Shown here: positions 28,769 to 39,551 of the stretch, in pieces
Layout of the letters: the number at the start of each line of letters is the position of its first letter
Position numbering within the stretch: position 1 is the first letter of the stretch
Origin: a bacterium
GTDB taxonomy: Bacteria; SAR324; NAC60-12
DNA: 64,000 bases
Direction: 5' to 3'
NCBI GenBank assembly: GCA_965209155.1
Contig: OZ242383.1
Span: 3,648,001 to 3,712,000, forward strand
Position numbers and translations under genes: made by a program
The notes under the pieces: model-generated
Told to the model about the DNA's origin: nothing
Seen by the model: the letters and a program-made list of their open reading frames with translations, nothing else
Databases searched by the model: none

Positions 28769-29871
28769 GGTTGGCCTCCTTTTGAAATGAGCATTGCTGA
28801 GAGGGACGGCCAATCGAATTCCACCCCATGACCTGGGCGATCCGGAGCGGTAGCAAAACCTTCTTCAATGACCATCGGGTTCTGAATGTAATGTTCCAAT
28901 CCAAAACCATGAGCTTCCAAATACGATTTGTTCGGCACAGCGGCCAATAGATGGACATGGAGATCATGCACCCCATGAGAGGTGACTTTCAAGTTGTGGC
29001 TTTCTGCCAAAGCCGCAATCTTCATCCAGGGAGTGATGCCGCCACAATTGGAAACATCGGGTTCCGGAAACGTGACTCCCCCTGCAGCAATCATGCGTTG
29101 GAACTCATAGATTGTTCGAAAATTTTCTCCCGTGGCAATGGGCAACTTCCCGAGATTTGCCAGCATCGCATGACCGGTTTCATCATCAGGAATGAGCGGC
29201 TCTTCCACCCAGTAAAGCCCAAACTCTGCTAAGGCTTGAAAGGCTTTCAGCGCCTCATCCCGTGTCCAACGCATGTTGGCATCCACCATTAAAGGAAAAT
29301 CGTTTCCTAAATGATCCCGCATGGCCGCCACTCGTGATAAATCTTCCGACAGTTTGTCCCGTCCCACTTTCATTTTGATGGCACGAAACCCCTTTGACAA
29401 ATTATTATTGGTTTGTTGCAACAATTCCTCAAGCGGCAATTGCAAATCAATCCCACCCGCATAAGCCAGCACTTTGGGGTCGTAGCCCCCCAACAATTTC
29501 CAAAGGGGGGTTTGCTGGCGACGCGCCTTCAGATCCCATAAAGCGATATCCACCGCTGCGATTGAAAACGAGGCAATGCCTCCACGCCCCACATAGTGCA
29601 GGGCCCACCACATTTGTTCCCAAAGCGCTGCAATTCTCTCAGAATCCGCACCAATCAAAAGAGGAACCAAAGCTTGATCGACCAACGAATACACGGCACC
29701 TCCTCCATGATTGACCGTGTACGTGTATCCTGACCCCTCCACCCCTTGCTGGTCGGTGATTTGGGCGGTCACCAATTCAAAATGGGTCATGGCGCCATGG
29801 GTGGAATCGGTCATCACGTAGGGCAACGGAATGCGGTAGTGAGTCGCTTCAACTTTTTCAATTTTTTCCAT
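28765..29871 (-). CDS. Mandelate racemase/muconate lactonizing enzyme family protein
   Basis: DIALWDLKA, IKMKVG, MVDAN, VEEP, TGEN, TSHG. Confidence 0.93.
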   Translation of the reverse strand: MEKIEKVEATHYRIPLPYVMTDSTHGAMTHFELVTAQITDQQGVEGSGYTYTVNHGGGAVYSLVDQALVPLLIGADSERIAALWEQMWWALHYVGRGGIASFSIAAVDIALWDLKARRQQTPLWKLLGGYDPKVLAYAGGIDLQLPLEELLQQTNNNLSKGFRAIKMKVGRDKLSEDLSRVAAMRDHLGNDFPLMVDANMRWTRDEALKAFQALAEFGLYWVEEPLIPDDETGHAMLANLGKLPIATGENFRTIYEFQRMIAAGGVTFPEPDVSNCGGITPWMKIAALAESHNLKVTSHGVHDLHVHLLAAVPNKSYLEAHGFGLEHYIQNPMVIEEGFATAPDRPGHGVEFDWPSLSAMLISKGGQP

Positions 29872-29950
29872 AATAATGTTTCCTGGTTAGATTTTAAAAA
29901 AAAGCCAGAATGCATTCCCATCTCAACCCTCGAAATCACCTCATTGCCAG

Positions 29951-29988
29951 ATAGGAAAATCAATAATTTTCAGGGGACCTTACCTTTG
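29951..29988 (-). mobile_element. IS91 oriIS-like end, copy 2
   Basis: ATAGGAAAATCAA...GACCTTACC(C)TTTG shared with 28361-28398. Confidence 0.65.
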
Positions 29989-30033
29989 AAGAGGGGGTTG
30001 TAAATATGTAAACTGTCCCTGATGTGGGGATAG

Positions 30034-31158
30034 CTAGCTCGACTTGCGAGCGGGTGTGATACAGCCGAACTCGATCAGCGTATCACCTGTCGCTTTAAGC
30101 GTATCTCTCACCTCATGGGTTTTCAGACCCAGTTCCGTGATCGCTTTGGTACACCGGGCCCGTAGTCTGGCATCTGTGGCAGGTGGGTCATAATCACCGG
30201 CGACATCGATATCCGGATACAGTTCACCAAGCATGTCGAGCAGCATGCGCATGGACGGTTCCCCGGACTCATCGGTCGCTACCAGCATATATCTTGAACC
30301 ATTTTGCGCAACGTCGCTGGTTGCCATCAAGCGTTGTGCTTCTGCAATATCCCGTACGTCGATGATATTCCATTTCTCTGGACCTTCTACTGGTGAAAAA
30401 TTGGGATTGCGATCGGTGGTGCCGGACAAAAAGAGACCAATCTTATGCTGCCATATCGTATCATGCGGTTTACCAAGCAAGGGTCCGAGCACATGACAGG
30501 GACAGCAGGAAACCACATCGATGCCATGTTTCTCGCCAAATTCGTAGCCCAATTTTTCGGCATCGACCTTGCCCTTGGCATAGGCGTTTCGCTCAACGGT
30601 CCAGTTCATAACTACCTTGCCTTCCCGATTGGTAGAGGTGTGTCTCTCTTCCAGACTTTCATAGGAACCCCCAGCCCAATCGTCTTCGGTATAGATATAG
30701 TCGGCAGAACGATCCGGGTTTCCTGGCCCCATAACAGCGGCGCATGAAGACGTGTAGACAACCCGTTTAACGGTGCCCGCTTTTCTGCAGGATTCGAGAA
30801 CGCCACCAGTGGCGTCCAGCAATCCCTCATATATACTTTGCGGCGATGGTTTGCCGTAGGTAGGATCGGTACCGATATCTGCAGCTACATGAAATACCGC
30901 AGAGCATCCCGCGAATGCTTCGTCATAGGAACCTTCCGTGGCCTTCATCAGGTCACAGGAATACAGTTCGATACGACCAGGTCCTTGCTCGTCCATTGCA
31001 TGGAGATAGGAGATCTTGTCGGTTCGGCTGGTGTCGCGTACGCAGGCACGAACATTGTATCCAGCTTCTACCAGATTTTTGACGACATGGGATCCGATGT
31101 AACCGGATGCGCCGGTGACGGTGACGGGCCCCTCTTCAGGTCCTGAAATTTTAGGCAT
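30034..31158 (-). CDS. NAD-dependent epimerase/dehydratase (dihydroflavonol reductase-like)
   Basis: TGASGYIG, VFHVA, VYTSS, YAKGK, IDVRDIAEA. Confidence 0.9.
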   Translation of the reverse strand: MPKISGPEEGPVTVTGASGYIGSHVVKNLVEAGYNVRACVRDTSRTDKISYLHAMDEQGPGRIELYSCDLMKATEGSYDEAFAGCSAVFHVAADIGTDPTYGKPSPQSIYEGLLDATGGVLESCRKAGTVKRVVYTSSCAAVMGPGNPDRSADYIYTEDDWAGGSYESLEERHTSTNREGKVVMNWTVERNAYAKGKVDAEKLGYEFGEKHGIDVVSCCPCHVLGPLLGKPHDTIWQHKIGLFLSGTTDRNPNFSPVEGPEKWNIIDVRDIAEAQRLMATSDVAQNGSRYMLVATDESGEPSMRMLLDMLGELYPDIDVAGDYDPPATDARLRARCTKAITELGLKTHEVRDTLKATGDTLIEFGCITPARKSS

Positions 31159-31328
31159 TGTTGTACTCCATTAGTTTAAATTGGCGCAGTATATGCGTGA
31201 AATAGCTGTTCGGACTGCTGTTATCATTTGATATCACTTTATGTGATCATTATCAATTTTGACTTCACTTATGTCATTCAGTGCTTGACTCTCCCTTCCG
31301 TACCATCTTCGACTCAAAATTGCCCCCT

Positions 31329-31343
31329 TAGGAAAATCAAAAA
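31329..31343 (-). mobile_element. Short oriIS-like motif, copy 3
   Basis: TAGGAAAATCAAAAA identical to 28362-28376; short and AT-rich. Confidence 0.4.
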
Positions 31344-31366
31344 CTGCCTATTTCTTGACTCTTTGT

Positions 31367-31700
31367 CTAATGAGTGGCCCCAGCACGAAGTTCAAAAAGA
31401 AAATCTAAAGGCTGACAGAATTTGAATGAATACAAGCCTTTTAAAGAATCAAAATGGCTGTCATAAGTTAAAAGGTGAGTCATTTTACCATTATCCGCAC
31501 ACAAGACAAAGCTTACATCATCAGAATCTTGAGGAAAACGAGGCAGGTGGTAGAAGCGAATAGGAACCAGTTTGCCCAATTTTTAAAAAGACGCAATCAA
31601 CCCGACAATTCTCTCTCTTTCAATCCCTTCATCTCTTTGTTTTTTAACATATTTCCGCAAGGTATCACGAGAATAAAGGAGATCGAAATAGCCTTACTGG
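31367..31700 (-). pseudogene. PIN-domain toxin, 5'-truncated with internal stop
   Basis: FDLLYSRDTL...ASF*KLG...DSDDVSFVLCADNGKMTHLLTYDSHF. Confidence 0.75.
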
Positions 31701-31737
31701 CCATATCCGCCGCATCTTGGCAAAAAATAGTCAAAAA

Positions 31738-33666
31738 CTACACTGGGCCATCGATCAATGCACGCGGGCCCTCCGTTATTCCTGCTCCCATCTTTCCAAA
31801 GTGTCCGCCGTACGAAAACCATATTTTGAACCCCAACTGCTCTTTTGCAGCGGGCGGCATTAACTCCAAAGCCTCTGTCGTCGTCGCGAGCACGTTGTTC
31901 TCCGCGGTTCGAAATTGGGGTCCAACGTAGTCGTAGTGCATGAGGGTGCCAGTGCACGACGTCGCAAACCAGGTGCGGCCATCAAGGAGAAGCACGTTTC
32001 CTGGAGAGAGTGCCAGCTCAATCATCCCATCCACGAGGTGGGAAGCGGAACTCTCCACAGTGCTTGGGTTTCGGCCAGACAGATGCGATCCGGGGAGCAA
32101 TCGGACTGTAGTGTTACTGTCACAACACCACACCACAGCGGCCGATACCGGGGGTGCGATAAACTCTTGGCTGCTCGATGCCCAGACCTCACTGCCCGCC
32201 AGCTCGGGCGTGAGTGAGCCAGGTCGCAGTGGCGGCTGCTTGTCAGCACGAATGGGTTGCGGCATCCACCACTGCGTTGTGCGGAGTGGCCCTTCTTTTG
32301 ACAGACCACCGCCTGAATTTGCAGGGACTGATGCGCTGGCACTCGAGAGAAGGAACTCCTCCCCAATGACGTGTTTCACCACGGTATTCACCCCCTCATG
32401 CAGGAGCAGTTCCACGAACTCGGCACCTTTGTTGACAAGAGTGAGCACGCTCTGCCGCCCATCGATCGCCTCACATGCCACCCCACCGTTGATCTCCGCC
32501 TGTGCCTGGTCGTGAGCACGCGCTACCAGGTTTTCCGCCCTGTCCTCCGTCATCCCAGACTCGAGAATTGCATAGCCGAGTCTGTCGATTTCTGTGGTCA
32601 ACTTCGAGAGAGTCTCAGCAGAAAGAGCGCCCCACGCAACAGCAGGGCGTGCCTTGGAACTGCCAGCGCAGGACATATGGCTGAGCCCCACCTCCGTCCC
32701 GGTGAGTGGTGAGACACCATTGACAGTGCCAATGCCATACCACCCCTCCAGACCAAGCGTTGCCTTGATCTGCGGGCTGGCCCCAGCAATGACGCTACGG
32801 TCAGTGGTGAGTGTCATGTTCTCCTGCTGTCTTATCTGTGGTGCGCAGAACTGAGAAAAGATGCTCACCCTCCAGGGCTGCTGCAAGTTTGGATCGATGT
32901 GTGCGCCTTGGTTGTTGCCCGATTGATGCCAGAGCCTGGCGTCGTACACCACAAGCGTGCCCGCAGGGCAAAGCAGAGGGATTGCCCCCAGGTGAACGCC
33001 AGATCCTGCCGCCTCCTCGGCCGATGGGTGGCGGCCAGACAAGTGGGAGCCAGGCATGATCATTGTCGCGCCATTCGAATAGCGATAGTCAGTGATCATC
33101 CAGACCGCGGGACATCGGACACTTGGAAAAATCCAATCATTGTTTTCGTTTTCACAGAGCTCGGTGAGAGCGTTGGTGCGTGTCACACTACCAACCCGCA
33201 GCCGCGGCGGTGCTGACTTGCGCTGAGGTGGCGGCATCCACCACGAGTCTGAATGCAGAGGCCAAGCCTGCATGCCATCAAGGTGAAACGGACATTGAAA
33301 GATCTGCATAATAAAGCGCTCACCGAGAACATGCCGGGCGATACTGATAAACAAAGGGTGTTCCATCAGCTGCAAGAATTCGTCTCCACGGTTCTGCAGG
33401 TTACCGAGCTGAGCCCTTCCTGGCGGCCCAGGCCGCTTGACGCCCTCAAATTTCCGTGGGCCACCAGACTGCTCCATAAGAAGGGCTGCATAATACTTCA
33501 CCTGCTCAGGCGACAATGCTTCTTGGAGCATGCAGTAGCCGTAAATATCAATGTCGGATTTGGCCTGCTCGAGATCTGTCGTGAGTTTCGGCAACTTGGA
33601 GTAATCATCGATGAAAAGCCCACGCGTGGGGAACTCGAAGAATTCCTCTTGTTTCAGTTTTTTCAT
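31738..33666 (-). CDS. Tandem two-domain PhyH-family dioxygenase
   Basis: Domain 1 LHSD...NGAT..MPGSH...DARLWH; domain 2 repeats WWMP, PGSHLSGR, DGRTW, PQFR..EN but lacks metal ligands. Confidence 0.88.
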   Translation of the reverse strand: MKKLKQEEFFEFPTRGLFIDDYSKLPKLTTDLEQAKSDIDIYGYCMLQEALSPEQVKYYAALLMEQSGGPRKFEGVKRPGPPGRAQLGNLQNRGDEFLQLMEHPLFISIARHVLGERFIMQIFQCPFHLDGMQAWPLHSDSWWMPPPQRKSAPPRLRVGSVTRTNALTELCENENNDWIFPSVRCPAVWMITDYRYSNGATMIMPGSHLSGRHPSAEEAAGSGVHLGAIPLLCPAGTLVVYDARLWHQSGNNQGAHIDPNLQQPWRVSIFSQFCAPQIRQQENMTLTTDRSVIAGASPQIKATLGLEGWYGIGTVNGVSPLTGTEVGLSHMSCAGSSKARPAVAWGALSAETLSKLTTEIDRLGYAILESGMTEDRAENLVARAHDQAQAEINGGVACEAIDGRQSVLTLVNKGAEFVELLLHEGVNTVVKHVIGEEFLLSSASASVPANSGGGLSKEGPLRTTQWWMPQPIRADKQPPLRPGSLTPELAGSEVWASSSQEFIAPPVSAAVVWCCDSNTTVRLLPGSHLSGRNPSTVESSASHLVDGMIELALSPGNVLLLDGRTWFATSCTGTLMHYDYVGPQFRTAENNVLATTTEALELMPPAAKEQLGFKIWFSYGGHFGKMGAGITEGPRALIDGPV

Positions 33667-33813
33667 TTCAGTTTTTTCAGAAAGAAGTTGTTCATTAAAG
33701 AGATACTTCCAGAGGGAAGCTCAATCGTTCCGGCGATTTATCTCAGTTTTGCTTTTGGGTGACCAACACTTAACGCAAATTTTGTTGCTTGTCTATCTAT
33801 GTTCACAATCTTA

Positions 33814-35319
33814 TCACAACAAGCGCCAATCAGCATGCTGCTCAAAAGCATGGGCGGCTCGATAGATAGTCGATTCTTCATAAAACTGACCAACGAGCAT
33901 CAATCCCACTGGCAGACCTTCGCACATCCCACACGGAATGGACAGAGCAGGGTGGTGGGTTCTGTTAAAGGGAAATGTGTTGGACGCCGGTGCGTCGGCG
34001 AACGGAACGACCTCTTCGCGTGAAGCTTCTGGTCCAGGGAGGCGAGGCGCTTTCATCGGCGTTGTAGGGAGTAATAACAGATCAACTTCTTGTAGCACCG
34101 CATTGTAGGCTTTTCGCAGGCGTCGCACCTGATTCACGCTTTTAGCATAAAAGCGGTAGCCGTAACGGTGACGCAGGTATTCCGTCAAAACCAGAGAGAT
34201 CTTGAGCGCTTCCGGCAGCTCATCCACACGGTCACGCCAGCCACGATGAAAATCGAGGTAGCTCGGAACAAGGAGATCTTCGCGACCGGTGCCATAGCCA
34301 TCCGTATGTAACATCGTATCGATAATAGACTGAATAGAGCCGAGGGTGAGCTGTTCCGCTATCTTGTGCAACGGGACTGAAACTTCAGAGACCTTCGCTC
34401 CCAGCTGCCTGAATTGTTCTGCAGCCGCCTGCACCTTCTCATCTACATCCGGCTCGGATGTCTCAAGTCCAAACCCTTCCCGAAGCACCCCTATCCGGAG
34501 CCCTGCGACAGGTTGACCTAGAGCCTGTGTGTAATTTTCCGTTCTTGGGGTTCCCTGACGGCTATCCAGGCCATCAACCCCCGCGATGACTTCCAAGAAT
34601 AAGGCGTTGTCTGTGACACTACGGGTAATGGGGCCTGCATGGTCGATTGTAGCCTCCATCCCCAGGATGCCCGTGTATGGGACAAGGCCATAGGTCGGCT
34701 TCATCCCGTATGTCCCACAGAAGGAGGAGGGCATGCGGATTGAGCCGCCCTGGTCACAACCGATAGCCATGTCAACCTCACCGGCAGCAACCAGCGCCGC
34801 GCTCCCAGAGGAGGAGCCGCCGGCTGAATACCCAGATCGGTGCGGGTTGTGTACGGGGCCGGTCGCACTCGTGTGGCTGTTCCCTGAGAAGCCGTAGGCC
34901 TCGCAAACCGCCTTGCCGACAATCGTCCCACCTGCATCCAGGATGCGGGTCACAATGGTCGCATCGATCGGTGGAATGTAGCCTTCGAGCATGCGAGTCC
35001 CATTCATCATGGGTACGCCTGCCAGCATCACGTTATCCTTGAGAACGACGGTGCGACCCTGAAGCTTACCATCTGATGCTCCTGTGACACGCGTCTTCAC
35101 ATACCAGGCATTGAGAGGATTGTCCTCAGGCGCTGGTCGCACTCCTCGCGTTCGTGGATACCGGACCTGCGGCAGTTCGTCGGGCAGGGCATCCAGGGTC
35201 GCAAACCCCTCCAGATGGGATTTCACCAGACCGTGATAGGAAGCCACATCTTCGGCTGCAAGGTGAAGGCCGAGATCTTCGGCAATTGCTTCGATCTCGT
35301 GCAAAGTCAGTGTTGTCAT
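33814..35319 (-). CDS. Amidase (amidase signature family)
   Basis: VLKDN, GGSSSGS, GCDQGGSIRMP, GLPVGL. Confidence 0.95.
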   Translation of the reverse strand: MTTLTLHEIEAIAEDLGLHLAAEDVASYHGLVKSHLEGFATLDALPDELPQVRYPRTRGVRPAPEDNPLNAWYVKTRVTGASDGKLQGRTVVLKDNVMLAGVPMMNGTRMLEGYIPPIDATIVTRILDAGGTIVGKAVCEAYGFSGNSHTSATGPVHNPHRSGYSAGGSSSGSAALVAAGEVDMAIGCDQGGSIRMPSSFCGTYGMKPTYGLVPYTGILGMEATIDHAGPITRSVTDNALFLEVIAGVDGLDSRQGTPRTENYTQALGQPVAGLRIGVLREGFGLETSEPDVDEKVQAAAEQFRQLGAKVSEVSVPLHKIAEQLTLGSIQSIIDTMLHTDGYGTGREDLLVPSYLDFHRGWRDRVDELPEALKISLVLTEYLRHRYGYRFYAKSVNQVRRLRKAYNAVLQEVDLLLLPTTPMKAPRLPGPEASREEVVPFADAPASNTFPFNRTHHPALSIPCGMCEGLPVGLMLVGQFYEESTIYRAAHAFEQHADWRLL

Positions 35320-35377
35320 TCCCGTATGATTTCCTCAGTCACCATTAAAATTAAACAAGATGCCTTGTGCTATTTCA

Positions 35378-35547
35378 CTAGTACTGGAGTGCAAAAGTGC
35401 GTACATATTTTTTCACTTTCTGGTCATAGGCGACGTTGTCATTCCGGGCGCAGACCCGGAATCCAGGGTTCGTTTCAATACCCTGGATTCACGCCTGCGC
35501 GGGAATGACACAGCGGTTATGTACGGACTTTCGCCGCAGTGTACTAG
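35378..35547. mobile_element. 170-bp CTAG-ended MITE containing a GTCATTCC REP-like palindrome (35437-35510)
   Basis: Imperfect 30-bp terminal IR (22/30) CTAGTAC...AAAGT.CGTACATA; internal TGTCATTCC...GGAATGACA. Confidence 0.75.
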
Positions 35548-35574
35548 CGGCTACTGGGGCTTATCTTACTCCAA

Positions 35575-37339
35575 TCATTTATTCTTCAGGTCAAGGTCAA
35601 GCCACATATGCTGAGCAATGCCAAAAATATTCCAGGTATCGCCCAACTTAAACTCACCGCTGTAACCCTTTACCCACGGTTGCCAGAAGACGTATTGATT
35701 CGGTGATGGTAATACTAACCAAGGGCACTCCTTTAGAAGGAATAAGTTTAGCTCCTTCCACATCTTGTTCCGCTTTTCGATGTCGAGAGTCACACTTATC
35801 TCGTCCCATTTACGATCGACTTCGGGATTGTTGTATCTACCGTCGTTCCAGGGATGCCCAGATCTGTGGGCATACATGAAAGGCCACATGGGGTTACCAT
35901 TGGTCCAGCCGGGGACAACGTTCATACCTGGGAACGTGGCATTGGCATGAAGCTTCAAGAGGGGGGTCAGTTCCATTGCCTCGATTTCCACCATAAAGCC
36001 GCCTTGCTCCAAGTAGGACGCGACCAAAGGAGCGACTATGGATTCTCTTCCGAGGAGAGTCAGGCGTAATATGAAGGATGTGAGTCTTAAGACCGTCGGG
36101 ATAGCCGGCTTCAGCCAGGAGCTGTTTTGACTTTTCCGGATGAAACCCAAATAGCTCCTTAATGTCGGGTGGCAACTCCTCGAATGGCGTGTAGATCTCT
36201 TTCGGGGCATTTGACGGTAGCGGCCAGTTAAGTATCTCGGCCTCACCCCCATAGAGGTGCTTTACCATTTCTGGCTGGTTGACGGCCAAGGTTGCCGCCT
36301 GCCGAACCCTGACGTCACGGAAGGCGGGCTCCATATTCTCATTCATAGCAAAAATGAAACCGCCGCGTGGGGGTAACTTCCTCCACTTGAGTTCAGGGTT
36401 TGTCTCCTGTAATTTTTTAGCATCCTCAAGGAGAATTCTTGACATTTGGTCAATTTTACCAGTGCGTAATGCCGCAAGCCGGGTCGCGGGATCGGTTAAT
36501 ATCAGCAGCTTAAAGACATCTACATACGGTAATCTATTCTCCGGGTGCAAGGGGTCAAACCGGTGGTAGTCAGGGTTCCTCACATAGGTGACAGAACTGC
36601 CGGGGGCGAAATCCTGAACCATAAATGCTCCTGACCCGACAGCATTCCTCCAGTCTTCAAACCCCTCCAGGTATCCGTGTTTATCAGCTACCTCACGCGG
36701 AGCTATCCTGATTTCGCTACCGAAATCCATTATTTTGAATGCGCTTGCATCGGGCATCTTAAATTCAACCGTCCATTTATCAAGGGCAGTGGCTTTATAC
36801 AACTCTTTTTCCGGTGTACCCTTGGGCTTATACCATTCGCTCTTGGGATGGTCCTGACTTCGCAAAAAGGAATAGACCACATCATGAGCGGTCACTTCTC
36901 TCCCGTTTACCGGCGGCTTATCCTGGAAATGAACCCCCTTGCGGATGTGGTAGATAACGGTATGGAGGTCTGGTTGTTCCCAGCTTTCCGCTACGAAGCC
37001 GACGCGACCTTCCAGAGGTTCATAGGTAGAATTCATCGGAAATTCACCGGTCCCCGAGGGACCCCTCGACCAGTCAGCAGCGCTTAGATGCTCATAAACG
37101 GGCATGGCGAAGAAAGCTCCATAGTAAGTATTCGGGTCAAAGCTGCCGTCAGGCTGATCGACTACCAAGTTCAAGACCCCTCCGTATTGCGGTTTTTCTA
37201 CCATCCTCCCGAGTGAGTCTTTCACCATCACCTGCGCAGCCACCATGGCCGGAAAAACCCCGAGGGCGGCCACCATCAGGATCAGGGTTATCAACACTGC
37301 TTGGATTTTACTCATTTTACTTATTTTTCTATTTTGCAT
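35575..37339 (-). pseudogene. Peptide ABC substrate-binding protein with frameshift near 36060
   Basis: PQYGG, RKGVHFQDKPPVNGRE, NRLPY, LAEAGYPDG in one frame; WQPWVKGYSGE C-terminus in another. Confidence 0.88.
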
Positions 37340-37438
37340 ATTACCTTTATTATTAAGATGATTCATTGCACCAAAGGGTGCGTTTGATGTGATTTTTCGT
37401 GTTTTCCTGTTTACATATGACCTCCTTTCCATTGGCCG

Positions 37439-38365
37439 CTAGTTATTGAACACTCCGTAACGTCCCCCCTGGCCTCCCCTCAGTCTGGGGTCGAGCAGGT
37501 CTCTCAGGGCATCTCCGAATATGTTAACACCGTATACGGAGATACTGAGGGCAAGCCCCGGCCACAGAGCTATCCAGGGGGCCTGCAACATGTACGTGCG
37601 TCCTTGTCCACTGAGCATCCCTCCCCAGCTGGGCTGCGGAGGAGGAATACCGTATCCCAGGAAGCTGATCATGGCTTCCCCCAGAATCATACCGCCAACA
37701 CTGACGGTATAAAGGATAACTATCGGAGCCAAAATATTGGGCAGGATATGCCGGATAATTATCCGCCAGTTGGTACAGCCAGTAGCCACCGCCGCCTGCA
37801 CATACAAGTTCTCCTTAATGCCGAGAACAGTGCCCCTGATTACCCTTGAATTGATGATGCCCCATAAGAATCCTAAAACCAGTATCACCTGCACCATCCC
37901 ATGCCCCACCAGAGCCATTATTGTCAGGACAATGAATATCCAGGGAAAGCACATCCAGGCGTCAACAAACCGCTGCACCACCAGGTCGAACTTCCCGCCG
38001 AGGAGCCCGCAAAGAATGCCTAGAATGGTACCGATCCCTGTCTGCAGAGCAGCACCAGCCAGACCGACAATCATGGAGATACGAGCCCCGTAGATGATGC
38101 GACTGAGAATGTCCCGCCCTAGAGCATCCGTACCCAGGATATACTGGGTTGACGGCGGACTCATCCTATCTGGCAGGTGAGGCACGTTATACCCTTCGGG
38201 GGCCAGGAAATCGGCAAAAATGCCGGTGAATAACATTAGTAGAACGATAACCCCACCGACAGCACCAAGTGGCTTCTCCCTGAACAGCTTGGTCAAGAAC
38301 ACCACCGGCCTGGCACGTCGCTTGGGCTCCCTGATTTCGGGTGGGATTACCAGGGTGTCATTCAA
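37439..38365 (-). CDS. Peptide ABC permease (DppC type)
   Basis: LGTDALGRD, HILPN, PSWGGML, GDALRDLLDPR. Confidence 0.93.
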   Translation of the reverse strand: MNDTLVIPPEIREPKRRARPVVFLTKLFREKPLGAVGGVIVLLMLFTGIFADFLAPEGYNVPHLPDRMSPPSTQYILGTDALGRDILSRIIYGARISMIVGLAGAALQTGIGTILGILCGLLGGKFDLVVQRFVDAWMCFPWIFIVLTIMALVGHGMVQVILVLGFLWGIINSRVIRGTVLGIKENLYVQAAVATGCTNWRIIIRHILPNILAPIVILYTVSVGGMILGEAMISFLGYGIPPPQPSWGGMLSGQGRTYMLQAPWIALWPGLALSISVYGVNIFGDALRDLLDPRLRGGQGGRYGVFNN

Positions 38366-38416
38366 GATCTCTCCTTTTATCGTAACAGTTAACTGATAAC
38401 CGTGAACGGGTACCTT

Positions 38417-39388
38417 TTATCTATACCGAATCCTGGGGTCAAGATAGGCGTAAGTCAGGTCTACCAGCAGGTTGACTACCAACACAAAAGAGGCTACAAA
38501 CAGGTTTAATCCGGAGAGCACGGGGTAGTCCCTCTTGTTAATAACCTCAACCAGAAGACGGCCTACCCCGGGCAAGGCGAATATCTGCTCTACAATAACG
38601 GCACCCCCAATTAAAAATGGTATCTGAGTGCCTATTATGGAGACCACCGGGATCAGGGCGTTCCTCAAGGCGTGCCGCGTGACGACTACCCTCTCCTTAA
38701 GTCCCTTTGACCAGGCAGTCCTGATGTAATCCTCTCTCAGCACCTCCAGCATCGTGGTGCGTGTCATTCTCATGCATATTCCCGACACAACCGTGCCGAG
38801 AATGAAAGCCGGGATTATCATGATTTGCAGGTTTGCTATCGGATTCTCGAAAAAAGGAACGTACTCCAAAGGTGGCGTCCAGTCCAACCAGATGGAGGGG
38901 TAGACCATCACCATAGTTCCCAGCCAGAAGGCGGGAATGCACAAAAAGGCTATAGCCAGGCTGCGTCCTATATAGTCACCCCAGGTATCTTGACGTATCG
39001 CTGAGTACATAGCTATGGGGAAGGCTACCAGGAGAGCTACTATCATAGCCATGATAGCAAGTTGAAAGGATACCGGAAAACTACGCCCTATATGATATGT
39101 CACGGGAATGGCTGTCCATAAAGACTTCCCGAAGTCTCCATGCAAGATGATGTTACCCATCCAGCGCCCATACTGGACATGGATTGGCAGATCCAGCCCC
39201 AGCATATGCCTCAGATCCTCGATAGTTTCCAGGAGTTGCTCGGCCGACCCCTGAAAGCCTACATTCTGCCTTAACATCACGTCTAATACATCGCCGGGAA
39301 TGAGGCGGACTGTGAAGAAGATGATCACAGTCACTAAAAACAGAGTGGGAATAAATAGCAGTATTCTTCTAATAAGATAGGCACGCAT
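38417..39388 (-). CDS. Peptide ABC permease (DppB type)
   Basis: YLIRRIL, EDYIRTAWSKGL, HALRNALIP, LDPRIRY. Confidence 0.93.
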   Translation of the reverse strand: MRAYLIRRILLFIPTLFLVTVIIFFTVRLIPGDVLDVMLRQNVGFQGSAEQLLETIEDLRHMLGLDLPIHVQYGRWMGNIILHGDFGKSLWTAIPVTYHIGRSFPVSFQLAIMAMIVALLVAFPIAMYSAIRQDTWGDYIGRSLAIAFLCIPAFWLGTMVMVYPSIWLDWTPPLEYVPFFENPIANLQIMIIPAFILGTVVSGICMRMTRTTMLEVLREDYIRTAWSKGLKERVVVTRHALRNALIPVVSIIGTQIPFLIGGAVIVEQIFALPGVGRLLVEVINKRDYPVLSGLNLFVASFVLVVNLLVDLTYAYLDPRIRYR

Positions 39389-39482
39389 ATAACTTCCGAT
39401 GACTGATTATCCCAATTAAGGGGATGGGAATAATTGCCCCCCGAGAAACAGAAATTAAATGATTTTGATTAAATATATAATT

Positions 39483-39498
39483 ATGTAAGCGCTTACAT
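39483..39498. promoter_or_regulatory. LacI-family operator ATGTAAGCGCTTACAT
   Basis: Perfect 16-bp palindrome with central AGCGCT, between lacI-type gene and ABC operon. Confidence 0.8.
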
Positions 39499-39551
39499 TT
39501 TATGAAAATAATAAAAATCGAGAATAAAGTCAAGAAAAAAAATCTGAATTC

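Noticed and set aside
26422..33780. Diversity-generating retroelement (bAvd-like genes plus near-identical repeats)
   Set aside because: No reverse transcriptase; differences between PhyH copies are not adenine-specific and cover a whole gene
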